A DNA stretch of 64,000 bases from Selaginella moellendorffii (taxonomy: Eukaryota > Plantae > Lycopodiophyta): contig NW_003314277.1 in assembly GCF_000143415.4 (NCBI RefSeq), positions 383,183 to 447,182 of the forward strand, given 5' to 3'. A program made the position numbers and the translations under genes. Under the pieces are notes generated by a model, which saw only the letters and a program-made list of their open reading frames with translations, was not told the DNA's origin and did no database searches. Each line of letters begins with the position of its first letter. The first letter of the stretch is position 1. This document shows, piece after piece, positions 38,341 to 50,003 of this stretch.

Positions 38341-40100
38341 TTACCAGAAGGCCCGAGCTGCGGAGCCGTGAAGAAAGAGTTGTGTTTGCCAGCCTCGACT
38401 TTTAAGCTGCGAGAGAAACTCTGGTAGCATCTTGTCGACGCGGGAGTAAGCGTCGCTCAGTGAGGCTTCTTTCGAGGAACACGCTGCTAGAAGCCATCCC
38501 CGGACGACGTCTTCGCCACTGGCCGAGTGATGCAGCACCATCTCCGTAGAAGTCTCGTGGAAGTCCAGAAGAAAGCGCTCGCTCTGGAACCTGTGCTTGA
38601 GCTCTCTGATCTTGCCGGATGGGATTTGGAGGATGTCGTTCGCGATCCGGACGCTTCCGGCGTGGACGTTTGGTTTCACAGGCAGTATCAACCTTTCCCT
38701 GTAGCGTATCTCGGCCGGAGAAGGAACTCTTCCTAGCTGGCATTCATCGCTTAAGCAAAAGTCTCTGGGACATAAATATTTTACGAGAGTACCTCGAGGT
38801 AGTCCGCGACGAGCATTGCTGTTCGCTGGGCATTAAGAGTGTCGAGTGGAACAGCTCTCATTTCCTCCATCACACTGTATAAATGAATCACGGACAGAAG
38901 AGGTGCTACAAGAAGCTGTGAAAGAAAATTTAGAGAGAACTCACGCTCAGAATTCATACCTTTCCTTGTAGAGAAGTACAGGCCGATGATGCCAAACGAA
39001 TGCCGACTCCAAGCCCAGCCACATTTGCAAGAGTTGACATAGCCTCACCTTTGGCGTACAAGTCACTAAGGTTCCCTTCTTTCGCAAAAGCGGTGTAAAG
39101 AGGCAACCGTGTTGCTCTAGCCGTTACCATTGCCACTCCCTGAAAGCACCATCATTTTTCCACACAGCTTTAAGAGTTCGAGTACCTTTGCAAGGTTTGC
39201 GAGTCCGGCAACTCCTAGAAAATATTGGGGACATGCTGGTGAAATCATCTCCAGCGCAGTACCCGCGTCGTACAAAACATCGGCTGCAAAAGAAAAAGAA
39301 TATAACTTATGAAACTCGAGAACAAAACGCATACCAACCAAAAATTCTCCATCGTTTTGGCTCGGAGTCCATTCTAGCTCCCATTCGACTTCCAACAAGC
39401 TTTCCAATGTGCTGCATTCCATCCTTGAGAACCTGGATATCAATCCAGCCATCACTTTTTAGCCATCCCTTGACAAAACTTTGCTCCTCGCTCCTCACTT
39501 ACCCAGCTAATCACAGTCGCTTGGGCAGGAGTCGGCCTTAAACCAGCGGCAAACACGAGTGACTGAAAAGAGGGAAGTTAGAAAAAGGAACAGGACAAAA
39601 AAGACTCTAGCGAGAGAAAAAAATTCTCGGAAGAACCTGTGTGGAGAAAACTGAAAGAATCGCACTGGAGAAATGCTGCAGCGCACGGAACTGCGAATAC
39701 GTAAGGTAGCCTTCTCCCACACTGCACTGCTCCAACCAGCTCAATTCAATCTCGAAAGAAACGAGCAAAAACAAAAAACAAAAAAAAAGACAGAGAGAAA
39801 ATGGGGCTCTTTCTCACCTCTGTGGATACCCCACAGGAAAGAATTGGTCAAGAAATCCATCGACCAGCTTGTGCTTGAGCGGCCGATTATCGTCCAGCAG
39901 TCGCGCCTGGAAAAATCGCTAAGAAAATTAGTCGCCGGGATGCACTGAAATGGAAATCTCACCTGGAGAGTGCCATCGCCTTTGGACACGTACTCGCGCC
40001 TCGCATTCTCGGAGCGCTCCCGCCATAGCTCGCCCATAAACCCTCCTCTGTTTCTAGGGCTTTTATAACCAGTCAGCTTTGATTTAAACACGCGTACCAT
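38341..40100 (-). CDS. RUS6: ROOT UV-B SENSITIVE family (DUF647) protein, RUS6-like
   Basis: FFPVGYPQSVGEGY, QFRALQH, LKDGMQHIGKL, RMDSEPKRWR and ATRLPLYTAFAKEGNLSDLYAKGEA. Confidence 0.9.
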
Positions 40101-40159
40101 TCTCGATACAAATCTAGCAAAATCCAGCCAAGTTCTACAGCAAAAACTCACCGATCTTG

Positions 40160-41853
40160 TCATGGAAAGAGCGCATTTACGAATGCCTCGGCATCAAAGG
40201 GTTGCAAATCTTCCAGGCCTTCTCCAACACCAACGAACTTCACGGGAATTCCAAGCTCATCTACAACACTAGCCTGCGCAAAGTTTCCAGGGAAAAGAAA
40301 CAAACTCTCAGCTGAGAATTTTTTTTAAAATCGAGGACATACCACACATCCGCCTCTTGCAGTTCCATCGAGCTTCGTTAACACAAATCCAGTAACACCA
40401 ACAACCTGAAACACAGTATTTGCATTAGGAAAAATATCTCCAAACAGATTGTTTCTTACGTCGTTGAACTCTCTCGCTTGAGGAAGCATATTTAAGCCTG
40501 TTGTTCCGTCGAGGACCATCAGCACCTCCTGCGAGTTTGTGGTGTTAAACGGATACAATTGAAGCATCAACACTCACATTTGGGGCTCCGGCAAGAGCCT
40601 TCCCGATTGCTTTCTTACAGTCTTCAAGCTCATCCATCAAGCTGAAGTTTGTGTGAAGACCTGTCAAAGGAAGAAAAAGGAGATTAGATCTTGAAGCTGC
40701 AAACAAGAAGCTAGCTTACTTACGGCCTGATGTATCTGCGAGAACTATGTCGAACTTCTCTGCGACTGCCCGTTTTACAGCTCGTGACAACACTATATTG
40801 AAATCATATCACAATGAACGATAAGCGATAAAAAGAAAAAAATCAGGGAGATTGTCGGCTCGTACAACTTACCAGGGGCTGGTTTCTTTTGTCCCTCTTC
40901 AGCTCTTACAATATCCGACTCGGTTCTCTCTGCCCATACTTCTAGTTGCTCCTTGGCTGCAGCTCTAAACGTATCACCAGCCGCCATGAGTATCTGCAAA
41001 CCTTACGTGTGAGCAACTCTATAATTTACAAAGCTCTCACCTTTACACCTTTCTCCTTCTTTAATCTGTGTGCCAATTTTCCTGTTTCGCTTCAAGCAAT
41101 CAGAAAAAAAAAACAGACTTGAATTTAGATGTGAAAGAGCGTACCTATGGTTGTTGTCTTCCCTCCTCCATTCACACCCACGACCATAATCACAGCGGGG
41201 CGTCTGGCATCAAAACAATGGAAAAAAAATTCTATGAGAAAAAGAAAATCGTCGAAAAAACCTGGTCCCGAGCTTGAGGTCGGTGCTACCGGCTCTGCTC
41301 GTAAGAAGTTTCACAATACTTTTCTTTAGCGCAAGCTTTAGAAAAAAGAAAAAAAACCAGAAGTTACTATCTCGCGTTTGCAGATCAATTTTCTCACCTT
41401 GATTTCTTGTCCAGTTTTGAGCTTTGCGGCTAGAACATCCTTGCGTAGACCATCCACGATTTTGATCGCTGTTCTCGGCCCAAAGTCTGATATGAGCAAC
41501 GCCTGCATAGGTATTATCAAAAGAAGAAACAAAAGCAAAGAAATTCCATTCCATACCTCTTCCAGTTCATCCAAGAGCTTCTCAGCATCGGACAGATTCC
41601 AATACGTCAGGAGCTCGTCCACGACTGCCAGATTCTCCCGCGTCTTGGAGAATCCCGAGAAGAGGCGATCGATGTCGCTCTTGGCCTTCTCCTTGAACAC
41701 GCGCCCCAGCTTCCCGAAAAACCCAGCCTTGTCGCTGCTACTGCTAGCGCATCTCACCATCAAAACCGCTGCATTCTTCCGCGGCCGCCCGCTCGCACTG
41801 AATTGCACCACACCAGCAGCGCTCGCCAAGCTCCCCCGCGCAGCTGCCGCCAT
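40160..41853 (-). CDS. cpFtsY: Chloroplast SRP receptor cpFtsY
   Basis: Transit peptide; [51 protein letters not shown] and [12 protein letters not shown]. Confidence 0.95.
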
Positions 41854-41869
41854 AGCTCCTCTCGCCAAG

Positions 41870-41912
41870 CCCTAAACCCTCTTTCCCGCCATTAACTTTA
41901 AACCCTTAAACC
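41870..41912. promoter_or_regulatory. Telo-box-like motifs in the 132-bp bidirectional interval between cpFtsY and Tpt1
   Basis: ccctaaaccct and aaacccttaaacct between divergent ATGs at 41853 and 41986. Confidence 0.4.
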
Positions 41913-41985
41913 TTTAACAACGCTTTTACCCTGTTTCTTAGGGTTCTTCGTTTTCAGGGTTTTCTCGGATGCACGCCATTGATTC

Positions 41986-43437
41986 ATGAGTCTGCGGCAG
42001 CCACTGAGCAAAATCTTGAGCTCCAATCGCCCTCCCATGCGCTTGGACACATTCCGCAGCACGAGCTGGGCATCGTCCTCCGTCTCCAAGCTCCGCAGGA
42101 ATGTCTCTTCGTCGCGCCAGGTATTCCTTGTCACATCACAGGACAAATCCAGGGAGCTCGGCAGCGGCCCACATTCCAGCGCCGCGGCGGAGCTCTCGAC
42201 ACTGGCATCAATCGGCCCCTCGTCGGAGGGCATCAACAATGCTGCAAAGATCGATGCCAGCCGATTTAGAAGCGCGGGGAATGTGGCATTCAAGGAGAAC
42301 AACGCTCCAGACGTCCACCTAGCTCCCAAGCCACAGAGAATCTCCCCGCCACCGCCGCCGCTCGCCGACAAGCCGAGCGCCGCTGGTGGCGATGGATTCT
42401 TCCACTCCAGGCCCTCTCAAAGACCCGACTTCCGTGGATTACCTCTCAGGGACAGGCTCCAGATTGCTCGGAGAAGGCGGCCATACCAGAACTTCCGTGA
42501 CCCGGGAGCAGCAAAGAATCCTTCGTCTTCTTCTCCAAGTAGCTTCGATCTAATCGTAGCGAACAGGCTCGCAAACGCTCCACCGCCGCCTCCAAAAGAG
42601 ACCACCGATACCTTCTCGCCGCTCGTCAAGGCCATCTTCGATCTCCTGGATCAAGCTCCACCGGTGGAACAGCCTCCAAAACCAGCTACCGAGCTAGAGC
42701 TTGACAACGCCACCGCCGCCACCGCCGCCACGACTTCTCAGGCACATCAAACATACTATCACAGGCAGAGACACAAGTACCGGGTCTACCAGCAAGCTTT
42801 CAACACCGGTGACCCTCGATTCGACTCCTTGGGAAGAACACTGTGCCGGATCCTCCGCCACCAGGCCACGCAGCTGAGCCTCCCGATCCGGAGCAATGGC
42901 TACGTGAAAGTTGACGACATCCTCCGGCTGACGATCCGGACGCACGCCGGGATCCCCATGAACGAGCACTCGGTGGAGGAGGTCCTCCGGGTGGTGGAGC
43001 GCGACCCCAAGCAGCGCTACTCCACCATGATCGAGGGCGGCGAGCTCTTCATCCGGGCAAACCAGGGGCACTCGATGAAGGTGGTGGCGTCGGACGCGCT
43101 GCTGACGGAGATCACGTCCGCGGATCAAGTGCCGGTGTGCGTCCACGGCACGTTTCGGTGCTTTTTGCCGAGCATCATGCGGACGGGGCTGAATCGGATG
43201 AGCCGGAATCACGTCCACTTTGCGATTGGGCTGCCCAACGAGGAGGGAGTGATCAGCGGGATGATGGACAGTGTGGAGGTTTTGATCTACCTCAATGTGG
43301 CCAAGGCGCTCCAGGACGACATGAAGCTGTATATATCGGACAACAAGGTGCTGCTCACCGAGGGCTTTGCCGGGGTCGTGCCGTGCGAGTATTTTGAAAA
43401 GGTTGTCGAGTGGCCGACCTTTACTGTGATTGCGTGA
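41986..43437 (+). CDS. TPT1: tRNA 2'-phosphotransferase (Tpt1/KptA/TRPT1) with a ~270-aa low-complexity N-terminal extension; intronless
   Basis: ILRH, KQRY, IRANQGHS, HGT, MSRNHVHF and SDNKVLLTEG motifs. Confidence 0.9.
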   Translation: MSLRQPLSKILSSNRPPMRLDTFRSTSWASSSVSKLRRNVSSSRQVFLVTSQDKSRELGSGPHSSAAAELSTLASIGPSSEGINNAAKIDASRFRSAGNVAFKENNAPDVHLAPKPQRISPPPPPLADKPSAAGGDGFFHSRPSQRPDFRGLPLRDRLQIARRRRPYQNFRDPGAAKNPSSSSPSSFDLIVANRLANAPPPPPKETTDTFSPLVKAIFDLLDQAPPVEQPPKPATELELDNATAATAATTSQAHQTYYHRQRHKYRVYQQAFNTGDPRFDSLGRTLCRILRHQATQLSLPIRSNGYVKVDDILRLTIRTHAGIPMNEHSVEEVLRVVERDPKQRYSTMIEGGELFIRANQGHSMKVVASDALLTEITSADQVPVCVHGTFRCFLPSIMRTGLNRMSRNHVHFAIGLPNEEGVISGMMDSVEVLIYLNVAKALQDDMKLYISDNKVLLTEGFAGVVPCEYFEKVVEWPTFTVIA

Positions 43438-44413
43438 TCTTAAAAAACCCTAGATCTTCTTTTTCCCCCTTGTATTTTCTTTGCTAGAATATTTGAGGGT
43501 TCTAGGCCAAATTTTTGTGGACATCATTTTTATTTTATTTTATTGTGATTGTGAATTAATATACAAAGGTTGTAAACTAATATATTTGCAGGCAAAGGTT
43601 GAGAGTGAAAAATAAATTTTGTTTTACTTTTAACTTATGAATTATATAAAATTGCTGGTTTATTTTAAACTTTACTATGCATAAATTTCTATTTAGTTGA
43701 GTGCAATCATTTTAATCATTTCTACTTAGCTAAAAACTTCTAAATTTTTATACTATTTAATATTTGTGTTTTATTATATCTGTAAGGTTTATGGAATTGA
43801 GTATTTTAAAAATTCATAAAAGAGTTGATAATTAGCTTTTAAAATTTTAGAATAATTATTTATGTTTATTTAAATATGTTAATAATTTTTTGCTTTTGAT
43901 AAAAATAAAATTTCTTCTATTTATTGTCTAGGTATTCTTGCCATACTTTTTGGTTAAATCATAACTGTTTTTTTAAAATTATAATTAATTAAATAGTTAA
44001 AAAATATTATTTATAGAAATTATATATATATTTATCACTTGTTAATTTAAAGATTATAAACTTGTGATTACAAAATATAATTTGGATATTGTACTATAAA
44101 TTATAAACTATATTAAATAGAAATATTTAATTTTAATATTATTAAAAATGCAGGAAAAAAGAAGAGGCACTGAGATAAGAAGAATAATACGCAAGAGCAA
44201 TGTAAAAGCACACTGAATAAGTAAGCTAAATCCTGGTCAACAACACCAACTTGCAGTGACCAGGGAAACAAATAGCAGCGGAATAGGGTTACTAAGAAAA
44301 TTATAAATGTTTCTATCTTTGTGTTTTTTCATAATGTAATCAATTATATCATTTCCTTTAGTGTTAATTACTATTTTATATTTTTGTTTAGGTTGACCTC
44401 ATCCATTTAGTAT

Positions 44414-44438
44414 GTATATATATATATATATATATATA
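44414..44438. repeat. (TA)n microsatellite
   Basis: Direct TA run. Confidence 0.9.
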
Positions 44439-45532
44439 ATCAAGTCATTAAGGGTTTGTCAAATCAAAATTATGAGAGAAGTATATTTTGTTATTTTTTA
44501 ACTTAAAATAGATTAAAAAAATTTCATGATTTGGGAATATAAATCGAATCAACGGAAGATGATGACCCAAAAATATATTTTAAAAGATTCAAGTAAACTT
44601 ATGAATGCTAATAAAAAGCATATACACTACTATTACCTCAAAATGCATTTGCTAAGTTTACACTTTGGTTGATTATTCTAGGCAATAACATTTTTATTAA
44701 TGCCTTTAATTTATTCATCCCTAACATTGTAATATTTATCATTAAAATTATTAATGCTCACAATTAATAAGTAGATATACCACATTAAAATCACATTAAA
44801 CAAGTGTAATATTAAATGAAGACTTTTACATTAAATCTAAAAATTTTATTACAATGTATTTAATATAATTATGATGTGAATAAAAAATATTACATAATTT
44901 AATGTGAATAACTTTTTTATTATAAACTAAGTTCTGAAGATAATACTGTAACTAATATAATTGCCATAGTATCTATAATAATAAGAACGAAGAACCCACA
45001 CCTCCGCAGCCGTCCGATCCCAGGCCCGGGGCAGCCTCGAAAGCCATGGTTCTTGGCGAGGGGAGGCCAGCCCAGGCTCGGGCCAGGGCCGGTGGCCATG
45101 GTTAGCGGGAATATCAGCTCAATGTTGTGGCGGCCAATGGGCGGGATGCACGCGTGGCCGGGAAGGGAAGAGGGCGTGGTGACAGGTGTTATGCCATGCA
45201 CTCCTAGGGCTCCATGGCTACTCTGGTCAGACACGGTTGTGTGGGCATTCCCGTGAGAGCCTATGCGTGGTAAGTAACAGGGGCGAGAGCAGGCGCCACC
45301 ATTACGACCTGTAATGTTCTTATCTTCAGTGGGAGCATCAGCAGATGATGACGATGAGAGGCAGATGATCGTCATGGATGGCTGGCTGGAGTTTGAGGCT
45401 GCAGCTCGAATCGCTGTGCACATCAAGGAGGGTGGACACACTGCTGAAAAGACCGATGGCTTCTAGCGTGGTAAGAAAAAGTTCCATGTAACTGATTCAA
45501 TTTCCTTTTGTTAAAGCTATGGCCCCAGTGAC

Positions 45533-46095
45533 TCATGAAACTTTCCTGTAGAGATTTTGGAAGCCACTTCCAATGCACGTAAGTAGAACCGTGCCTGTCG
45601 CCGGGTCAGGCTTGATACTAAACTGCACTCCCAGGAATTCTTTGATGTGTTGCAGCATCTTGATACCGTAAGAAGAGAGCTTACCGACCCTGACTTTGGA
45701 AACAGCTTCCGGGCACAGAGCACAGAGGATGAACAGCAACCCCTGTATGGCAAACAGGAAAGTTTGTGAGATCGCCTTCTTTCCTTTTCAGCTTCACAGA
45801 TAGATACCTGGTGAGTTGAATCTACAACTCCTCCCAGCTTTATCTCCTGTAGGAAGGACATGGCTGCTTGCGTCCCCAAGTCCTCTGGAAGCTGGAGCTC
45901 GGATGCTCCTGAATGTGTAGCCACGCACTTGGAGCTTAAAATGCAGCCAATGGTCGTTTCTGCCACCAGTGAGATCCCATAGCCCAGAGATCTGTGCCAT
46001 GACAAAGGAAGCAAGATGAAAAAAGTTTACTTTGCAGCACAAAATCATGGAACTTACTTCCCGGACTCTGAACCAGTGTAGTGATCAGTAAGTGA
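45533..46095 (-). pseudogene. RCL1: 5'-truncated RNA 3'-terminal phosphate cyclase-like (RCL1) fragment, last 3 exons
   Basis: TDHYTGSESGK|..GYGISLVAETT...PEDLG...GGVVDSTHQ|GLLFILCALC...VSKVRVGKLS...CIGSGFQN; no room for 5' exons before TRAPPC13. Confidence 0.82.
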
Positions 46096-46258
46096 CGAGT
46101 GCTTGAGTTCAGGTAAGAAAACATATTTCTGGTGCGTCCACCTCTTTGTAAACCACCCAGCATTTGCTGGGCAAGTACTCGTATTTATATAAAAAGCTTT
46201 TATTTTCCTGCACTAAATCAAATTATTCCGTTGACCATTTAATCTTAGGGCGGGTGCG

Positions 46259-48155
46259 ATGACGTCCGGGGCTGGAGCAGCGGGCCACTCGCTCGCATTC
46301 CGGGTGATGCGGCTGTGCCGCCCCAGCTGCCAGGTAGATCACCCCCTCCTCGTCGATCCCAGCGACGTGTGCAATGGTGAGGACTCGGTGAATTTCAAGG
46401 AGCTGCTGCCGGGGCTTGTCAATGGCAACGATCCGGGCTTCTGGAAGCGATTTGAGCTCCAGGAGCCCATGGATGCGATGGGGCTCTCCGGGCAGCTTGT
46501 TCTTCCACAAACTTTCGGGTACTTCTCGATGCATTTTTTGTCAATTCCCTCTTCTTTTTATTTCTCCCTGAAAATGTAGATCGATCTATCTCGGAGAGAC
46601 GTTTTGTAGCTACATCAGTGTCGGGAATCACACGAATCACGATGTGAGAGATGTGATCATCAAAGTAAGTTCTATCCAAGTTTTGATTCTCTTGTATGAC
46701 TTTGTGCTCTTTTGTTCTTAGGCAGAGCTCCAGACTGAGCGTCAAAGGATTATTCTAAGCGACAACTCCAAGTCCCCGATCGAGTCCATCAGAGCGACTG
46801 GCCGATTTGATTTTATCATCGAGCACGACATCAAAGAACTTGGAGGACATACGTAAGTTCCCATCATAGAAGCTCGTATGGATATCTAACATTTTGATTC
46901 ATCTTAGGCTTGTTTGCATGGCAGTGTACACTGATCCAGACGGTGATCGTAAATATCTTCCGCAATACTTCAAGTTCACGACCTCTAATCCTGTTTCCGT
47001 CAGAACAAAGGTATTTGATCTCTACATATTTTGCTATGTTTTTATCGGCACTTTACAGGTTAGAACAGTCAAGGTAGGCCCTATGCTGCAAGCTTTTGCT
47101 TTTCTAGCGTTTGAACACGACAGGATACAACATTTCTCGAGGCGTGCATAGAAAACCAAACCAAGTCTCACCTCTTTATGGACCAAGTTAGATTTGAGCC
47201 TGCACCGCCTTGGAGTGTCACGACTTTGGAGAACGAGGAAGAAGCTAGTGAATCAGATGGTCCCATCAGGTAAGAAGATGGAGCTTTACTATCAGCAACT
47301 TTATTTGGTAATTCTGCTCTCTGTTTTTTCTAGCGGCTATATCAAGAGCTTGAAACTGATCAATGGTAACGGCGGTGCTCGCCACTATCTCTTTCAGCTA
47401 AAGAGGCCGCCATTGGAATCCTCAGACGTTAAGTTAGAAGGCGCAAATGCCCTTGGGAAGCTTGAAATACTGTGGAGGACAACTCTTGGCGAAACCGGTC
47501 GCCTTCAAACGCAACAAATCAATGGCAGTGTAAGTGCCCGTGAGTTTTTTCATGGTGCTGATTGTTATAATTATCCAGCCAACGCCGAAAAAGCCTTTGG
47601 ACGTCAAGATGACAAACTTGCCGCAGAGAATTCTAATAGAACGACCATTTCTCGTAAGTCAGTAATATCGGGGTGTGATTTGATCGTTTTTTTCGTTTTT
47701 TCCTAGGTTCGGATGGAAGTTACAAACCGGTCAGAACAATTCACTGGACCGCTAAGAGTTGTCATGTCTGAGACCGATGACAATGGTACACCCAGGACAG
47801 TTCTCATGAACGGACTCTTGAGCTTGGTAAGGTCCTTTCGTTTTTCTTTTCCTAGCATTTTTACAATGAGCATATAATCTCAGATGGTTCCTCCACTGGC
47901 CCCTCTCGCATCGACCGAGCTGGAAGTTGTAAGTGAGCATAAGTTCTCGTATTCATGAAGATTTAACGGGCACTCTCTCGCAGAACTTGGTGGCGGTAGC
48001 CGCAGGTGTGCAGCGAATAGCGGGGATTTGTCTAGTGGACGCACGAGACGGCAGACAAGTTGAGTTTGTGCCTCCAACCGAGGTAAACTTCGAAGCTTTG
48101 CTGTTCGTAGCTAATCGGTCACGCTGAAACACAGGTATTTGTGGAGGCAGAGTGA
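46259..48155 (+). CDS. TRAPPC13: Trafficking protein particle complex subunit 13
   Basis: HSLAFRVMRL, LPQTFG|SIYLGETFCSYI and LGKLEILWRTTLGETGRLQT; includes a 15-nt micro-exon at 47059-47073. Confidence 0.92.
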
Positions 48156-48367
48156 GTTTTTTCTTGCCTCCATGTACAGCCAGGTACTGTTTAAAACGAT
48201 AAACTCTTTCTTCAATCTGGAAAATTCTAGTTTCCATTAGAGATGATGTTAATCAATTGTGGTTTGTTCCTGCGCGGTTACACTGAAACATCCAGACGCC
48301 ACGTTGCATTTCTATAAAAGCACGCAAATGTGATCGTCAAAGAAATCGCAAGATTATTTGGAGGGCA

Positions 48368-50003
48368 ATGACATTGTCAATGGGGCCTTTGGATCGATCG
48401 CTTCTCTCGCGTCCCGTTTATCATCCTCGTCCAGCAGGAGCTCTCTCGCGCTGCCAAGGCCTCGGGGTTAAGGCGGCCTCCACACAGCACTCTCGGAGAT
48501 CGCCAAGGCCACAAAATGTTCCAGGAAATCTCTACGTGGGTAAGCAAGCAAAACGTTCGTCTTCGCTCCTCAAACTTTCTCCTTGCAATTCCGCAGACCA
48601 TACTTGCATCGACTGTGATACTTGCCGATGGATGGCTCCAGTTGAGTTCTCTCGTTTATTTAATTTTTTTTTCTAAAATTCGTTTTCACTGTAGAGTGTT
48701 TTCAAGCGTGTCGACGAATTATCTGCGGTACACCATCAACCCTCGTCCTCCGACGAAAGACTTGCTGCTTTGCAGGTTTGTTTGTTTGTTTGTTTGTTTT
48801 TTTTTATATTTTTTTTTCTAGCAGCGAGAAAATACTTTTAAATTTTTATTTTATTTTTCCAGGCCTTGCTATCGTGCCCGACAGCATCGATTCACACCGA
48901 GAAGCCGCAAGCCGACATAAAAAAGATACAGGCCACCTTTCCACTCGCAATCGACGAGCAAACAGCGCCAGTAAGTTTTAACAAAATCCTCTCGATGTTT
49001 CTCGTGTTTCTGATGCTTTGCGTTGTGCTTATTTGGCACAGGGAGTGTATCACTGTGGATTTCACTCGGAGAAGTCATTCGGTGCTGCCTCATACTTTCT
49101 CACACGACCAGAAGGCAACATTCTCATTGACAGGTTCTTGGTTCTTTTCCAGTTTCAAGGTTCTAAATGGGTTCTTTATCATTGCTCTCAGCCCAAGGTT
49201 CACGGAAGTTCTTGCGAAGAAACTGGAGCTCATGGGAGGAGTTCGTTATATGCTTCTCACGCACAAGCAAGCAATTTTTGTTTTCTGTTTTCATTTTTGG
49301 AAATACTCATGCCTTGGATGATTTAATTTCTACAGGGATGACATTGCTGACCACAAGAAATGGCAACAACGGTTTCAGTGCGAGCGCATCCTCCATTCCG
49401 ACGACGTAAGTACTTCGCTTATTCTCTTCTCTTTGTTTTGTCCATCTCAACTTTTTTCTTCATTCCAGATACAAGAAGACACTCTAGACGTGGAGATCAA
49501 GCTTCAGGGCACTGGACCATGGGATTTCATTGGGTCGGATGTAGATCTCATCCACACTCCAGGTCACACAGAGGTACTTTCTTAAGATCAAGTTTTGTCA
49601 AGAAAGAAAATCATCTTTGGCTTTTCTTCCTTAGGGATGTGTGTCCCTTCTTTGCAAACCAAAGCGAACATTGTTCCCAGGAGATCATCTTTTCACAGAC
49701 GAGGGCGGCAAAGACGTCTTGATCTCTCATAAATACTTGTTTTACTCTCGTAAGCACTTTCTTTGATTTTGTGTTCTCCTCACTATCCATTTTTCCAGTT
49801 GAGCGACAGGTTGAGAGTCTGCGGCTTCTCATTCCTCTTGACTTCATATGGGTTTTGCCAGGTATTTCTCGCAAAAAGCATCATTAGAAGCCTTGAGTTG
49901 TTTTTTTCCAGGTCATGGGAGACGAATCAAATTTAAAAATGTGGAAGACAAAAATGCAGCCCTTGAGTCCCTTGTAGCTCAGGAGGAAAAACTTCTAGTC
50001 TAA
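48368..50003 (+). CDS. Plastid ferredoxin-like plus metallo-beta-lactamase-fold hydrolase (At4g33540-like)
   Basis: CIDCDTCRWMAP, SCPTASI, THKDDIADH, HTPGHT, GDH and VLPGHGR motifs; transit-like N-terminus. Confidence 0.88.

Noticed and set aside
44225-44275. cctggtca...tgaccagg hairpin followed by ACA, a possible H/ACA snoRNA
   Set aside because: No convincing first hairpin or H box; an 8-bp stem can arise by chance.
44920-45441. 173-aa ORF as a genuine gene
   Set aside because: Crosses three compositionally different segments and has no recognisable domain.
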